From positions 1,139-65,138 of the forward strand of contig CANQOO010000006.1 in NCBI GenBank assembly GCA_947625515.1: a stretch of 64,000 nucleotides of DNA. Direction: 5' to 3'. Source of the DNA: an uncultured Clostridia bacterium. Lineage in GTDB: Bacteria > Bacillota > Clostridia > Christensenellales > UBA1242. The stretch's first letter is position 1. Every line of letters begins with the position of its first letter. Of the stretch, positions 45,301 through 49,862 are shown piece by piece. The notes beneath the pieces were generated by a model. It worked only from the letters and a program-made list of their open reading frames with translations, had not been told where the DNA came from and ran no database searches. The position numbers and the translations under genes were made by a program.

Positions 45301-48300
45301 ATTCAATGCAAGCTTCACCTTCAAGGGTGAGGATGACCTGCCTGTTGGCGTGGAAAATGCCGAAGTTTCATATCAACGCACCGGCACGGAAGATGCCAGC
45401 GAAAGCTTCGCAACCGACCGCACGCTTTCCATTGAAAACACGGCAAACATTTCTGCCACACTCACATTCCAGCAAGGCTTTGAGCTTGACCAAATTGTCA
45501 TCTCTTATGCGGGCGGCGAATTGCAAACAATTTCTGACGACCGCTCTGAGAAAACTCAACAATTCACTTTCACATATCAAATGCCGGCACACGATGTGCA
45601 GATTGAAATTCGCACGCGAGTGGTGCAATATCACATCATCTTTGTGCGAAATCTTCCAACCGACACAGACGAGGTGACCTACCCGCAGGAAGTTAGTTAC
45701 AAAAAGCCTTACATTCTTTCCGCTGACCCAACATTCACAATGGTCTATGGTTACAGTTTCCGCGGCTGGGCAGAAAGCAAGGAATATGAAGAGGGTGCAC
45801 CTCTCTATCAAAACGGGCAACGCTTTGAAAGTTTTGACCAAACTGGCGATTTGCAACTTTATGGCGTTTGGGAAACATTTGTCTATAACGTCAGATATAA
45901 TCGCAACGGCGGCAGTTTGAAGAATGAAGAAGATGTGCCAGCCGTCCAGACCTATGCATTCAACACAAACTTTGAACTCATCATTTGGGACAAATATTTT
46001 GCTGCACCGGACGGCTTCACATTTGCTGGATGGTCGCTTGACGGCGTCAGCATGGATATTGGCGAGATTGGCTCTTCTGAAGAGTTGACCGGTCAGACAA
46101 GCGGAATTTTCGTGGATGCGGAAGGCCAATATTGGGCAAGAAATCTTGGCGAGCGAAACGGTGACGATGTGACAATCTACGCAATGTGGAAAGAAATCAC
46201 CTACACCGTCACAATTAAATCCACCGAAACTGGTGACAGCCACAAAGTTGTCAATGCCGCACGCGGCGGATTTGAATTCTCATATTCTGAGGATGTTGTG
46301 CTGCCAAGTTTTGAGTCCTTGAAGTGGACCCCACCTGAAGGGAACAGATTTTATGCTTGGAAATACACCCAAGACGGCGAAGAACAAATGATTCGCTGCT
46401 CGCCAGCCGAAGAATTCACTCTCAGCAAATTGACCAAGCAGGCTGGCGAAGTGGAAATCTTTGTTGTTTGGACAACTGGCAAATCCACTGTCCATGTGAA
46501 ACTTCTTAAAGAGCTTATCACTGGCGGATATGAGGACCCTAAAAATGAAAACTTGATTATGTTTGACGCCGAATTTGACGTTGACGCCACCTTGACAAGC
46601 GAACTTGCATACGAGAACTTCATTGTGGCAGCAGATGGTGCAGGGCATGCCTACCTTCAAATTCCAGGCTTCCAGTTTGACCGCTCCTTCTCCGACGAAA
46701 TTGTTGTTGATTTGGCAAACGAAAACAACATTATTGAAATCCACTATTGCCGAGTCTTCTTCAATGTGACATTCCAGTTGGATGAAAGCGTTGCAAGTGC
46801 AGAAATTTCATCCAGTGTTGCGGGGCAGTTTACATCGCAAGGAAATGTTTGGTCGGTGAAATTTGAAGATGTCATCACCTTGCAGGCAACTGCCGCAGAG
46901 GGATATGAAACTCCAAAATTCTCCTTCACTGGCTTTGACGGCATTGAGGCAACTCTGGACGTAGGCGGCACGCTCAAAATTTTGGGCGACATTGTGCTGA
47001 AAGTGCAGGCTCAGCCAAGCGACGGAACGGCATATTCAATCAAAATCTTCAAGCAGACGCTAAGCCTAGACTACTTGGCTGAACCAATAACAATCGGCGG
47101 CAGCGGCAGAACGCTTTCGGACATCGATATCGACGAAGTGCTTAGACTGATTGAGCAAGCAGTTCTCACAAATGAAGGGCTGAAAGATTTGAAGGTTGGC
47201 TTTGAATATTCTGACTTTTCGTTTGCAATTGGCGATGGAAAAATCCTTGGCAACGGTTCGAGCGTTGTTGAGGTGAGATATACACGCAAATCCTTCCAAG
47301 TTGAAGCAACAACAAATAAGCCAGAAGCATTTGACGGCTTCATTTCAAGAGGCGAACATCTCTATGAAAGCGTTGTTGAATTGTCGTTTGTTCTGCTGCA
47401 AGGCTTCAAACTTGAAGAATCCAGCTTTGTCATCACGGATGAAGACGGACTTCCAGTTTCCATTTCTGATTTTTCGACGCAAGAAAACGAGTCTGGAAAG
47501 ACAACAGTCACATTGAGGTTCAATATGCCTGCCAAGGCTGTGAGTGTCACTGTCAGCCCAGAGGCTTTGCCTGCAAACTTCACTGTCACATATTGGTTGC
47601 AAAACACAAAACTTGATGACTATGAGCTGAATGAAGATTTGTTGGCTCAGGCACAGGTTGTAGGGCAAACGGGAGACATCATCACAAGAGCGATGCTGTT
47701 TGACGCAGACAAGTTTGACAGCTTTGAAGAGCTTGTTGCCTCAATCAAGGGCTTCTCGTTTGTTCGCACAACGGCAGACGACGGGTTGCTCAGGATTTCC
47801 GGCGACAACAGCACAAATGTGGATGTATATTTCGACAGACAGATTGTGGACTTCACATTGAAGTTCACCGACCCGATGAGCGGCTTTGACTCTGCATCGC
47901 TGCGTGTTATGGCAGAGGGCAGCCAAATTGTTGGCATTGCTCCGCCACTGTTGTGGGAAGCGGCATATGGGCAGTCCATCAGCATTTCTCTCGACATCTT
48001 GCAAGGTTTCTCGTTGGGCGGCTTCTTTGTGGGCGGCGTAAACGCAAACACACTTGACAACTTTGTTGTTTCGGACAAGACACTCACCTTCACGCTCGGA
48101 CTTGAAGGAATTGAGATTGAAATTGTCATCAATGCCAACACCGACACTGAATTTTTGGTGGAATATTGGAAAGAAATCTTAGACACGCATGACTTCAACA
48201 TGTTTGCATCCAAGAAAGACACCGGCATGACCAACAGCGTGCTGGATAAGGAAACAATTTCCAGAACGTATGTTCGCAATGCTGAAACATTCTTGGCAGA

Positions 48301-49573
48301 GCAATATCGTCAAGAAGACTTCTTTGGCAGCGAGTTTGCTTACTTCGAGGCGTTCCTTGGCGATGCGGACATTTCCACTCGCGTTGTAATTTCGGGCGAC
48401 GGTCGCACCGTGATTAAGTTGTATTTCGCACTTGTTGAAATTAAAGTGGAAGTGCAATACAACGACCGTCATGTGCTGGCAGTTGAAATTTCACCGCAGC
48501 AGGAAGGTTATAAGTTTGGCAGCCGGATTTCCGTCAGTGCCACTCAGCGGCAAGGATATCTGATTGTGGGCTGGCAAGTGGACGGAGCTAGCGTGTCCGG
48601 CGTGCAAACTGATGACGACTTGCAGGTGCTGACTTTGACATTAAACTACGACCACGACATTGTCATTTCCATCCAGTCGGATGTCGGCACGGCAAACTTT
48701 ACTGTGGAATATTATTTCGAATTGATTGACCAGGATGAGGACGAACTCCGCGATATTCTCATACGCTCTGGCCGCACGGAAAGTCAAATCAATGTTCGGG
48801 CTTTGGCTGAGCCGTTTGAGGGATATGTCTATGACCAATCTCGCAGCGAGGACAGAATATATTACGTTGAAGGGGACGGCTCGACGGTTGTGAGAATTTA
48901 TTACACCCTCATTTGGGTGGAGATGCGTGTGGCGTATCAGACCGGCATTGACGCTGTGGACGTGCGAGGTTATTTGCGGGATGACGGACTGGAATTTGTC
49001 AACGGCAACTCGTCCGGCACAGTGCTTTACTATCGTGTCAAATATTCCAAACAGCTCAAACTTACAGTGTCCACCGAGCGTGGCTATGTGTTTGCGGGCT
49101 GGTCGCTGACACTTTCTGAGGGGAAAAAGCAAAAGCTGGAAAATTCTTCGGCAATCACCGGCTTCCTGTTCAACGCCCCTGCCCAGGATTTCTTGCTGAC
49201 TGCCGAAACGGACAACTCCATTGTGACAATTTTCTATAATCCAAACAACGGCACTGGCGAAATTATGGAAATTCAGGTTAAATTTGGCGAGACCTTCCAG
49301 TTGTGGCACAATTTGTTCACAAATGGGAAAAAGAAATTTATTGGCTGGGCGACATCGCCGGACGGAGAAATTGCCTTCTTCGACGACGACATCCTCACCG
49401 CAGATTTCCACGGCACACTTGTTTTGTATGCCATCTGGAAAGAGACGACCAGTTTGATGTGGCTCTGGATTCTTTTGATTGTGCTGGCAGTGCTTATCAT
49501 TTTGATTGTTCTTTCAATCTGGCTGGCAAGACGGCGTAACGAATCGAAGAACAAATATATGAGCAAGCAATAA
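21365..49573 (+). CDS. Giant (9402 aa) tail-anchored cell-surface repeat protein: signal peptide, S/T/D/E/G-rich linker, DUF6273-like head, more than 50 Listeria-Bacteroides (Flg_new) repeats plus other beta-sandwich modules, C-terminal TM helix
   Basis: One uninterrupted 28,209-nt ORF with N-terminal MKNFLLALCAIFMVFGIACGTTFL. A head region ends ...GSWYRSAS...YDIRPAIHLNL. By eye I count more than 50 G(Y/F/H)x(F/L)xG(W/F/Y) cores, each closed by (L/I)YA.W (for example TGYDFDGWY...VYAHW). The C-terminus is LMWLWILLIVLAVLIILIVLSIWLARRRNESKNKYMSKQ with no LPXTG. Confidence 0.9.
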   Translation: MKNFLLALCAIFMVFGIACGTTFLTGYATVVLAEESAGESTDGSTDNSTGESTDGSSSETNGDSTDNSTEESNGESTGETTDGSTDDSTNGSTEGSGEEPGDVEAMASGYATAIDEIWDGGYTRFDPILLQKLIQQVAGQTYGLSRLPSSTITATDMRSSTGGGKQNGQDIKVKFGGVNWTPVYLSKDTNGNVILTLWETDVLSSNYTTNWQASLSNVNSSTYPANMYATSRAAIALLNNAGSYLAYNGSSFINYTQTTTGTYAKFTMSSATGSLVRYLVTPDKMSWQTSQSTSNTGAPKTGKITGGGPGVVTPSESGADAITPGTTTYYNRSNEAVSSGGILFYSADYNYLSKFPTYAGKWGSHYLWLPSLTEAGGTATYAQDVTGAGLWGLSATQRKSTNSSSGSWYRSASIDSQAYAYYIDYSTDKFDKANVCTATYDIRPAIHLNLTAAVNDAKTVVTYDPNGGTTKSGETYNVTVKCSDTYSFPSIEPVRTGYDFDGWYPYSGSSGQELTTSTPLRTSEDHTVYAHWSGSNYSIVANANGGTFPSTSVSGWSVSGSDRAKFRVAYDSSLGNFPADPTRNGCIFAGWYTTPSSGGSRITVDTILDGSGISFDHTYKIGTIYARWTLLDYRINYNTAGGNITSSSYTTSYNIDSTITLPSASRTGYTFDGWKVTQNDATSSWSTTTTYLATDKLTDMYGNVTLIAQWTPKTYTVTLNTNGGAWQTGTTTGTRTITVTYNYSMPTAYRSPAGQAWEAPWRTGYDFAGFYDTPSESGGTQYYNASLSEEHVWNKTQDDILYARWTPKEYTITANMNGGTIANNATDLNGWKYSSTSAATHSFGYTSIISPLPKPTRNGYEFAGWYSTKAYADAAGSSGKISTTTLTSSTLKLSEANIGDLNDTAKTGTIYAGWTEIEYTITYQVNGGSFTSGTSSSQTYKITSTAKLYDASKITKAGFALSGWLASNSEGSWSDGQTYGAGLSLSGKYGDVTLTAQWTNTQIKIVADLGGGTIASGSLNGWTNSSGVISKNVTNATTQLGGLPTPTKSGYSFTGWFTASTGGTLVGFTTSTLTASNLNIVAATQTATIYARWVHTPVDVTYNANGGTFGSSNTLTQKAAVDNYYGQMNLYNPISGELTLAQGVLYSSSAHTFAVTRKDNRSGSAEMYAGFSSAYNGNVFVQNTTYTAVLKILTYNVTASSSIAVCVASNGRDVCSSDVRINFSGTGTYVKTFTTKSNFSSIESNLRSLVCIPVGANVSSLMFTLSIFLGDISSQINTDSFIYEDPNTAPSITYADGKSLPTPTRAGYTFKGWATTAGATTPNVTVATKVTDSSARTLYAVWEAQSHTLTVDKNNATTYTGQNSYTLETDQVQAIPAPQRNGYTFAGWSVSPSGTGTIVSGNNVTMGWADAKITATWTPHIYTISLNQDDADAKGTQTVYLKYADGLYTSKACSTSDKLTNGKLTSLPTKAGYDFDGFWTGSGGVGTQIFDKSGAFVSNYTFYYGENGSTKTLYVKWSAKTFTVTYDPNGGTLTPSGTASSFTITFGDAYGTHVTGVSATRTGYNFLGWCLNESAGNGTGAVLKSTDTVTTAGDHYLYAKWEAKSYTITLNGNDGSVTPTSVKVVYNDSNVYVVNSSNAAKITASRDGYNLLGFYFHNGSTSQGPVMDANGRLVANVSGFTGANGIWTRDGGVTLYAEWSAQSRTVILNANGSKIDGQNSISVTANVGAEINISEHTLASRPGYEFTGWALASGSGNGTLTNENNVWKYVVGTGESQQVNAQWANRVYSVTWDKGAGTLTSPTTLYLKYDVGFFSDKSCQTKFTGKVACASRTGYSFAGYYSSQTGGTQIFDGTGACVTTNFTFYSEATDSVTLYARYNALSYDVTFNLQGGTWQDGTTETRKVHATFDSAMPSSFSTGKVLEAPKRAGYTFAGFYDTENGKEGNQYYTSSMTSANAWDKAQAATLYAHWTPLTYTLVFETDDGTDRTSVTGKAYGSLFTAAELSLTASTRTGYILEGWYNDSLFTTKLTTSLAFDSTHATFDNIGKAGSNATIYAKWVGMTYTLTYDLDGGTGVTNHTKVYGTKFTADDLKTPTKNGFTFDGWYNNSSYTTKLTTSLAFDSSTATFAEIGKENTVATIYAKWSANTYNITYQANGGNFTSGSTTSKKVGYEPDSLVLYGTSDIARAGYTLVGWTASNASSTASNWENGHTYGVGADLKSALMYGDVTLTAVWEGNLIKVNLNGNKGSGSTGPTFSDTKYQNSTQQYIYIRYGSKEVYAERSTANLHTPVGNALSAIPGISRKGYSFVGWFTAASGGTQLTGSDGKITVNWTFETADTATIYAHWTPNTYTITLNKGDGVTDDVTFWNSSTNTTISSTVYVAFDGTKFYSSTVLTEENVILPVAKRNGYSFDGWALDGTVVTNKLGSLLNAWTSDNTPPTFTLKATWVANKYRVCLNTGVEDATFDESSVNGWSRDSSNRYLAYRTMTFEEAFNLPGVDATGFTDGTNFITYNGYRFLGWTTNESLAKTYYSGLYSDDDLKDLLAGTLVLKDAKISKQLDGEPNILIQTLYAVWQKINYTIEYFESDGTTKINTLSPTHYNVEGQVDTRSGDVITSSDFTLPAHVKTGYSFLGWTPVKTAGNWASITYPAGGTSLKGMYGDIQLKAVWQQNVYKVTLNLGSHSFADASFVPSGSNASGFKTNDSENAYIYFQFMSSKIYAGRSSETYPNTPSNELSAIKAKALGKNPTSGALDAYIFAGWSHNGTKIIDKDGHLIKGVSGYTDANGNWIHAGDDIMLTAQWDAATFNLTLDNGNGTGGATQATVTFGKNQVTFNQTSFAPTLAGHTFAGWTVDNTNVVLSSGGALQAYDGYVQASSTSSTGTTYVWTHAANGVTLYAKWTAKQYTVTVHANDGGTFADSSGGWSVSGDSTTASKNVGYQDALTGLPALSSLIDTSLPTTNHEKYVFTGWFTAAIGGTFLGFDLSEKTVQSIFGSDSQLTRNIYAHWVEKPFDITYNANGGKFDGDSETLTDVGVTSDYYGKKNLYNPTNGALSLDATVKYDTSTHMFSVTRDNTSGSAAINYDSSFFTAYDGSVFAPNTTYTAVLNVITYNVEHSSSATGSVAVHVATNGLDVAYFAGTDVRILISAVGTYVQSFTTRADFSSISNNLRSLVAVPTGFNIKNLQFRLSIFLGDLTKRIDTNKFTYEAPGAKPDIVNATGKFLPQPTRAGYDLLGWATKNNASAADINVGTQISTTNTLYAVWKPTESTITYNFNGGDAKTSTSGGKYPSSVGYNIESSNTLYGDQEVARTGYKLLGWKPQANSGSWLASTTYSPNETLRGKYGNVTLVAQWENISTDIELNLVLGDSSVKADAGHNGYTKHKATYDKEVEKIGTVVGCQDLMDNKFSKPSGVGDVAAWKTGYKLLGFYTKEDGGEMIFNADGTVVNKEVYEGTTQWLGRSGGKTVWKYIPTNGVVTLYAHWQAIEYSLKLVFETGIDRMHVQIVTDGKTTRQDYREDTTINVAYDSSITITAYAKDGYQIQEMQAKAGSGNFAQVSTSTTYEYEFNFTNALFGNVAVMPEAGSEAATYQVKAVAKPLDVDYTVKVYRQQQNGEYSASTDITGNKAQADSSLTLKQVQDLAAANVGASLTAFTYAGNKYSTKSRQIPDIFDNANSFTVQGDGSLVIHLYYSTKQFTIEYDLGLAGANGKWVNDNAASPKKLQTYTFYDAITLRNAADVHWAGHVLVGWKIEKAVGTWKVTTEPYEPGQTVEKGQYGTDGENVKLIAVWDMEEYSISYDVDQDDDKTGKWAAGYSAPKTYAFGTETTLPVGSNVERAGYTFDGWTEQILLDEWHSGKIVDGQFVANGTGDAGVYSNAVTLRANTIYTLVDSGSASVAGWKIYIASKGTWLNAPQQISISGDAGQEFVVYVVFEGGLENATRHDLRFVNDNKIAKISDAAMGNRYYVGTWLKKNIEVLIDLNDASKGHGSTLAELAGIDDRFYIKYDTTFAYSSKSSDSPFTPLPTRPGYAFAGWWTTSGHDGNAGKQVTDDRGLLLQEWNESWISGASVDGKVTLFARWKANTYIISLAENGGHMIDYTARSGLTKEPGTTFMLEATFDQEGVFDATLYHEGYYLSLQGWRVALVENADGTSGSPGSITKDGTITKKSSTDLTHIDWTCSGTTILNLAYSGRVVLEAVWAPEFITITLNPNKEAGQSSEATVPISTIYVKTDAAFSTAVKDMEKADSVVGLVNPNTRVGYEFKGWYIISKSGKQLEVTSSTVITDDTDSEYFVDNVTDFDSTKLKYSATIYARWEAKIYDVVYETKDKDGQIKSHRIADAITFDGEYKLLTEAAVIALGGWTEEDVKGWTFLSWKPQNPWTGSQATYDAGTTLTGYAYDGDLVLRAERQENTYLVVYDADDEKLLSTATPISGSENPVTKQFLYSASVDLSSKYNLQGYTFDHWEIERNGKRLTVVTEVTDEGSQILNTRLVEGTISGKFETEGETKITLYAVWTPAQVNVTLSYYGQTISAARNTVTTWSKDNFVLIQERTDTVKLDTGTNLKTILEEDIKKDSPLYFKNFTGFTKLGMHEANGKADIIVQPDGSLHVYLLYYRNANNLKVNLGEGILSVTAQYGGSQQSGSVASGVVTFTGIFFEETVVLSAKLDAGYESATFVPKKPSTLSIAENSFTMPDEEVQIDALPTKGLVSYRVNLFTMGLDGQTYSLHQTFTRQGTLGSTITISAADFLLEGFTYFAGHSSNHLTDTLQAKFGEDGSVVGTTEFALYYTRNQYTITIDAKGGTYDDDGTISTNPAFDKTTNQYKNVYYGATITLSVPTYAGRTFVGWTKGTGSVGDIEENVFTVGAGAATLSAQWIERYYQLVLDVGTPSNVYVRFGDANLYRTLDGTPTSYTLRDVVVPTATKTGYRLDGWDYVQSGSANVHVIDGNGSLQHLATQFTDASGKWTYVGTLETINLTAQFSPIEIEVTFDKNVKTSYPTDKVSGMPQTITVVFDDTYGGGTAGDGKNAAVFTNGPERSGYQFLGWFLSEDGTDQITATSKVDKTTSHTLYAHWEALENNVTFNFENIQKPTGEQKAKSHDKDFEFTLQAEPGFGLPGSIRVEIAGELMTNGVGYDYSSETGLLTIHKEYINGDIIITAAGVAGENKVKFDVKFLTAEGENNAVSGQEYVATLHRVTGYDLPQTITITMEGHEGELSVGTHYSYEIAADGESATITIKQNVITGDLTISATGVVRKVTVTFNANGGMVGGEKQIVVKDVEYGTAITPFPAQPTWDGYDFVDWYLVGTAPAVGQIPTATKFDSSTTLQGKECEQNFTLYAVWQYLTVQVNVVNRSGNGYEGKVSGNVDGMEPFTSASLHIDQVVTLSHTENEGFTFKGWKISINGEESDFADDSFEIEATHVMDGGTITFTAYYTIVGTILVITDQEVDPAGGSAIFDGESSVKTIDFEGPNQTVNVTATAQHGFSFVGWFADADALNPVSPNDKASGAHVVGGGGSFTIYAKFVAVKYYITYQAGEGSILPDILDEHDRKEFTVKDKIQLLDQPNISLTGRKLVGYDITVAQEGEEFENWTTKFPGKRISRTDDGFDVLEAMYGDVTLTAVWEAETYTLILNTNIAANTTGKVTIEDNISEISVKYLDKYENATANGKKVGLLAGKVKRTGYDFVGWSLTASGEKVLAESDTVEITSNGILYAVWRAATSEYRVEYWLEDLDGSFHLDTYYDYVTSHSTTDERKYTTTTDTTAKIVQETFFGFELDLTHEEDGKVAAVESGIVVANDDGNMLVLKLYYTRLSFTLSVTLPAKGVESATLTEFAQDGTASEPKQITSTQNSFSIKYYQSLKLDVVIADGYEFGGIYQGGEIWSDATSKTFNLQGDLNLRVTIAGTEIDYSVRFDYESLTQAGTFAAKSTKTGLKAEIDTRVGYADVENVIREELQKVDAKGFEYDSLTEIVIGAKEEQNVVVVKLRRITYTLTLNKESLSDESLDDFTAEIVSSLDSAALKETTSGTNRTYAVKFGAEINLVVKTKNGYALADFRADPETTIVKGSEAQESMCFTGTFTLQEDVTISVELTPLDRTFAIEYYVEKLNSSGEGDKENDYQSADDEILKDGTKVSEASDHKTGVGKTGMSPSLSASDLLEIVGFTYESYEADGVIKADNTSIVKVYFKRDTIDLTVSMTEGVKDVTVSTDYAVSKTFDSTGVFRLKFGGTATFSATLSHDGYELAGWSKDGGDLQKNATYSITAGTVIDGEEHKIMPAASIQAVAQGKTFVITFKKFKTSTAKEEISTQNVVFNQRTSLDPNPFKNDGFGFVGWDMLDEEDNLSIGTYSNMADFTLTEAIGARNVTMVARWSAVIYKVKYDLNGGRLKEDADIGPTMQGELAAEFEVTFTEEAHPLLNGKENLVRSGHTFEGWDVVIEGSVSSTLAVDADTFPPLSSVAGQLVTLRARWKEHTYTLVYNSNYSTQNPDVSKKPADETHIFSTSIKYSDVVTILAAANDDWTFALTGYTFAGWSKDAGSKTAQFSSGDTVSDSSLVGEDSADGITVTLYAVWTQKSYTILYDKNDDDVFGDAAGQVTSHTALYDQKVVLKGTGKDGDIGFTLVGYNFLGWAKSADATAAEFVLQGGEFKQVAGEGYIDVINLATGEEEDQFVTLYAVWEAIQYTITYNAGVDGHFTDPQNEAAQKVVVTYTIAEKVTLLTDADFEKQGYVLTGFELEVAEGADGNWKKTFSGTIPLGSDVPEGTYGTVTLNAVWQADDFTLIVEYVLPEGASSAKPQSHTQTVKYEEAFSVTSPNVDGYTAKMAEVVGTMNYSSFPDIDFEHKTLTITVEYSPNRYEIQFDLNDAAGSSRATPLTRASVFVDFDSTFADAYLWDEANSTKSSAYGLEKPGRTGYVFDTWMFDGIKIDNGTKVTKDVLSGVAIGSVTTLVATWTAEQSQFKIRIGFEKLDGSDFDFEEDKFGDATTDQNISEAEVLAALEWAAMKPEPGYEMPTMEMTNDGKAVANVGDAMTVVTIKYRRANISLTLTKDAADVDITFYAESTNTAGEVQYIQDLHNGQYLVRFGATVVVHAESHNLGYEISFTSIPQNSGWKEEISGATGMATFTMGSEATTITLAKQKRAFTITYHNLKNPSDKVQVQGNDDDKIYYDTEVQLLSNETIGFTFAGHHFIGWSTQPDGGKEYEAGGTFILHTYPESGNVDLYAVWEAGGHRITISVTAGIETSGLDIVVGEQTYHFEDGQNSVSVSVRYGDTLTLTLTDENIKGGYKFDGFVVGSEELDKTLMSLSHLVVGDESIQIRAVAMTTPFKVTYKVENLAQNDFEVYGESVVAYGTTDSVISTLADLSELKTSSGGQVLIAIPGFDPLRLQESVQILYQADEDSYSEVVILYRRLSFTLQLDTTGVLGIVDFQPQEIEGQISPMDDSNTKTYSILFGSKFNLLLGVHAGYEFKPFDFEITVISQDGRTLYVLTDDDIQKTANKYVYSYEGKELFSLSLTENESGNFTFEFDSMPAYRLIMKPKTSARDFVVTYHKNDGQEPEQTLSGSVTYGTPFSPMDFADTGWQKDGYSFVGWAFSLSDLAADERGELVVYDFASDANLTPNFLYSQPVHLYAIWQAGTAEYHVEHYYQQLTGDDLTADFTLEYTDTNFAHVDDFVTVSEYHNKNGFVIDEVRSIFSGTVIENVGEGEKMTMLVLKVYYLRDTYTVNITYDEGLTGVKVSERDFGIVSQSADAENRTLTLQVLYGVNIGFEEWTYAEGYENAQISGVALKEDNTFDVPYLAEKRLDVYITTSTKSFTLSYEGGDREDGTVEIEGSMSSVSVKYLDSITLSECLFTREGYTFAGWEIDGEIFDAQTSFSIDLPKDYVAKATWTANSGISWYVDVFLKDISGNYAQQDGADVASRSVAMSGSTDEIITQEAVMSAFAGFAEAEGFTFEKITAEDGTPFDDKVLRISPDGTTHVKAYYVLKSFNASFTFKGEDDLPVGVENAEVSYQRTGTEDASESFATDRTLSIENTANISATLTFQQGFELDQIVISYAGGELQTISDDRSEKTQQFTFTYQMPAHDVQIEIRTRVVQYHIIFVRNLPTDTDEVTYPQEVSYKKPYILSADPTFTMVYGYSFRGWAESKEYEEGAPLYQNGQRFESFDQTGDLQLYGVWETFVYNVRYNRNGGSLKNEEDVPAVQTYAFNTNFELIIWDKYFAAPDGFTFAGWSLDGVSMDIGEIGSSEELTGQTSGIFVDAEGQYWARNLGERNGDDVTIYAMWKEITYTVTIKSTETGDSHKVVNAARGGFEFSYSEDVVLPSFESLKWTPPEGNRFYAWKYTQDGEEQMIRCSPAEEFTLSKLTKQAGEVEIFVVWTTGKSTVHVKLLKELITGGYEDPKNENLIMFDAEFDVDATLTSELAYENFIVAADGAGHAYLQIPGFQFDRSFSDEIVVDLANENNIIEIHYCRVFFNVTFQLDESVASAEISSSVAGQFTSQGNVWSVKFEDVITLQATAAEGYETPKFSFTGFDGIEATLDVGGTLKILGDIVLKVQAQPSDGTAYSIKIFKQTLSLDYLAEPITIGGSGRTLSDIDIDEVLRLIEQAVLTNEGLKDLKVGFEYSDFSFAIGDGKILGNGSSVVEVRYTRKSFQVEATTNKPEAFDGFISRGEHLYESVVELSFVLLQGFKLEESSFVITDEDGLPVSISDFSTQENESGKTTVTLRFNMPAKAVSVTVSPEALPANFTVTYWLQNTKLDDYELNEDLLAQAQVVGQTGDIITRAMLFDADKFDSFEELVASIKGFSFVRTTADDGLLRISGDNSTNVDVYFDRQIVDFTLKFTDPMSGFDSASLRVMAEGSQIVGIAPPLLWEAAYGQSISISLDILQGFSLGGFFVGGVNANTLDNFVVSDKTLTFTLGLEGIEIEIVINANTDTEFLVEYWKEILDTHDFNMFASKKDTGMTNSVLDKETISRTYVRNAETFLAEQYRQEDFFGSEFAYFEAFLGDADISTRVVISGDGRTVIKLYFALVEIKVEVQYNDRHVLAVEISPQQEGYKFGSRISVSATQRQGYLIVGWQVDGASVSGVQTDDDLQVLTLTLNYDHDIVISIQSDVGTANFTVEYYFELIDQDEDELRDILIRSGRTESQINVRALAEPFEGYVYDQSRSEDRIYYVEGDGSTVVRIYYTLIWVEMRVAYQTGIDAVDVRGYLRDDGLEFVNGNSSGTVLYYRVKYSKQLKLTVSTERGYVFAGWSLTLSEGKKQKLENSSAITGFLFNAPAQDFLLTAETDNSIVTIFYNPNNGTGEIMEIQVKFGETFQLWHNLFTNGKKKFIGWATSPDGEIAFFDDDILTADFHGTLVLYAIWKETTSLMWLWILLIVLAVLIILIVLSIWLARRRNESKNKYMSKQ

Positions 49574-49577
49574 AAGA

Positions 49578-49603
49578 GGGAGAGGGAAAACTCTTCCTTT
49601 TTT
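49578..49603 (+). terminator. Intrinsic terminator after the giant gene
   Basis: GGGAGAG (49578-49584), GGAAAA loop and CTCTTCC (49591-49597) with one G-U pair, followed by TTTTTT. Confidence 0.6.
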
Positions 49604-49862
49604 ATTGCAAAATGAAAAAGCAAAAATTGCTGCAAAAACTTTAAAAATTGTTGCAAAAACGAAAAATAAAAAGCAAAGCAAAAAACGTTGAAAAGATTTA
49701 CAAAAATCGCCGAAAAAATATTAGATAACACCGCAAAAATGCTTAAAAATATGGCAAAAATGTCGAAAAATGAAAAATCTAATAAAAAGTTTGGAGATTT
49801 TCTGCAAGATGTTGTAAACTTAAAGAAAGGTGGCCTGCGGGCAAAACAAAAGGAGTTAAAAA

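Noticed and set aside
21426-49411. Dozens of 60-290-aa ORFs on both strands inside the giant gene (for example 25181..25828 -, 40295..40969 -, 45368..46243 -, 48641..49411 -)
   Set aside because: All are embedded in one continuous 9402-codon frame with strong periodic protein motifs. The alternative frames give Cys/Arg/His-rich nonsense without an RBS.
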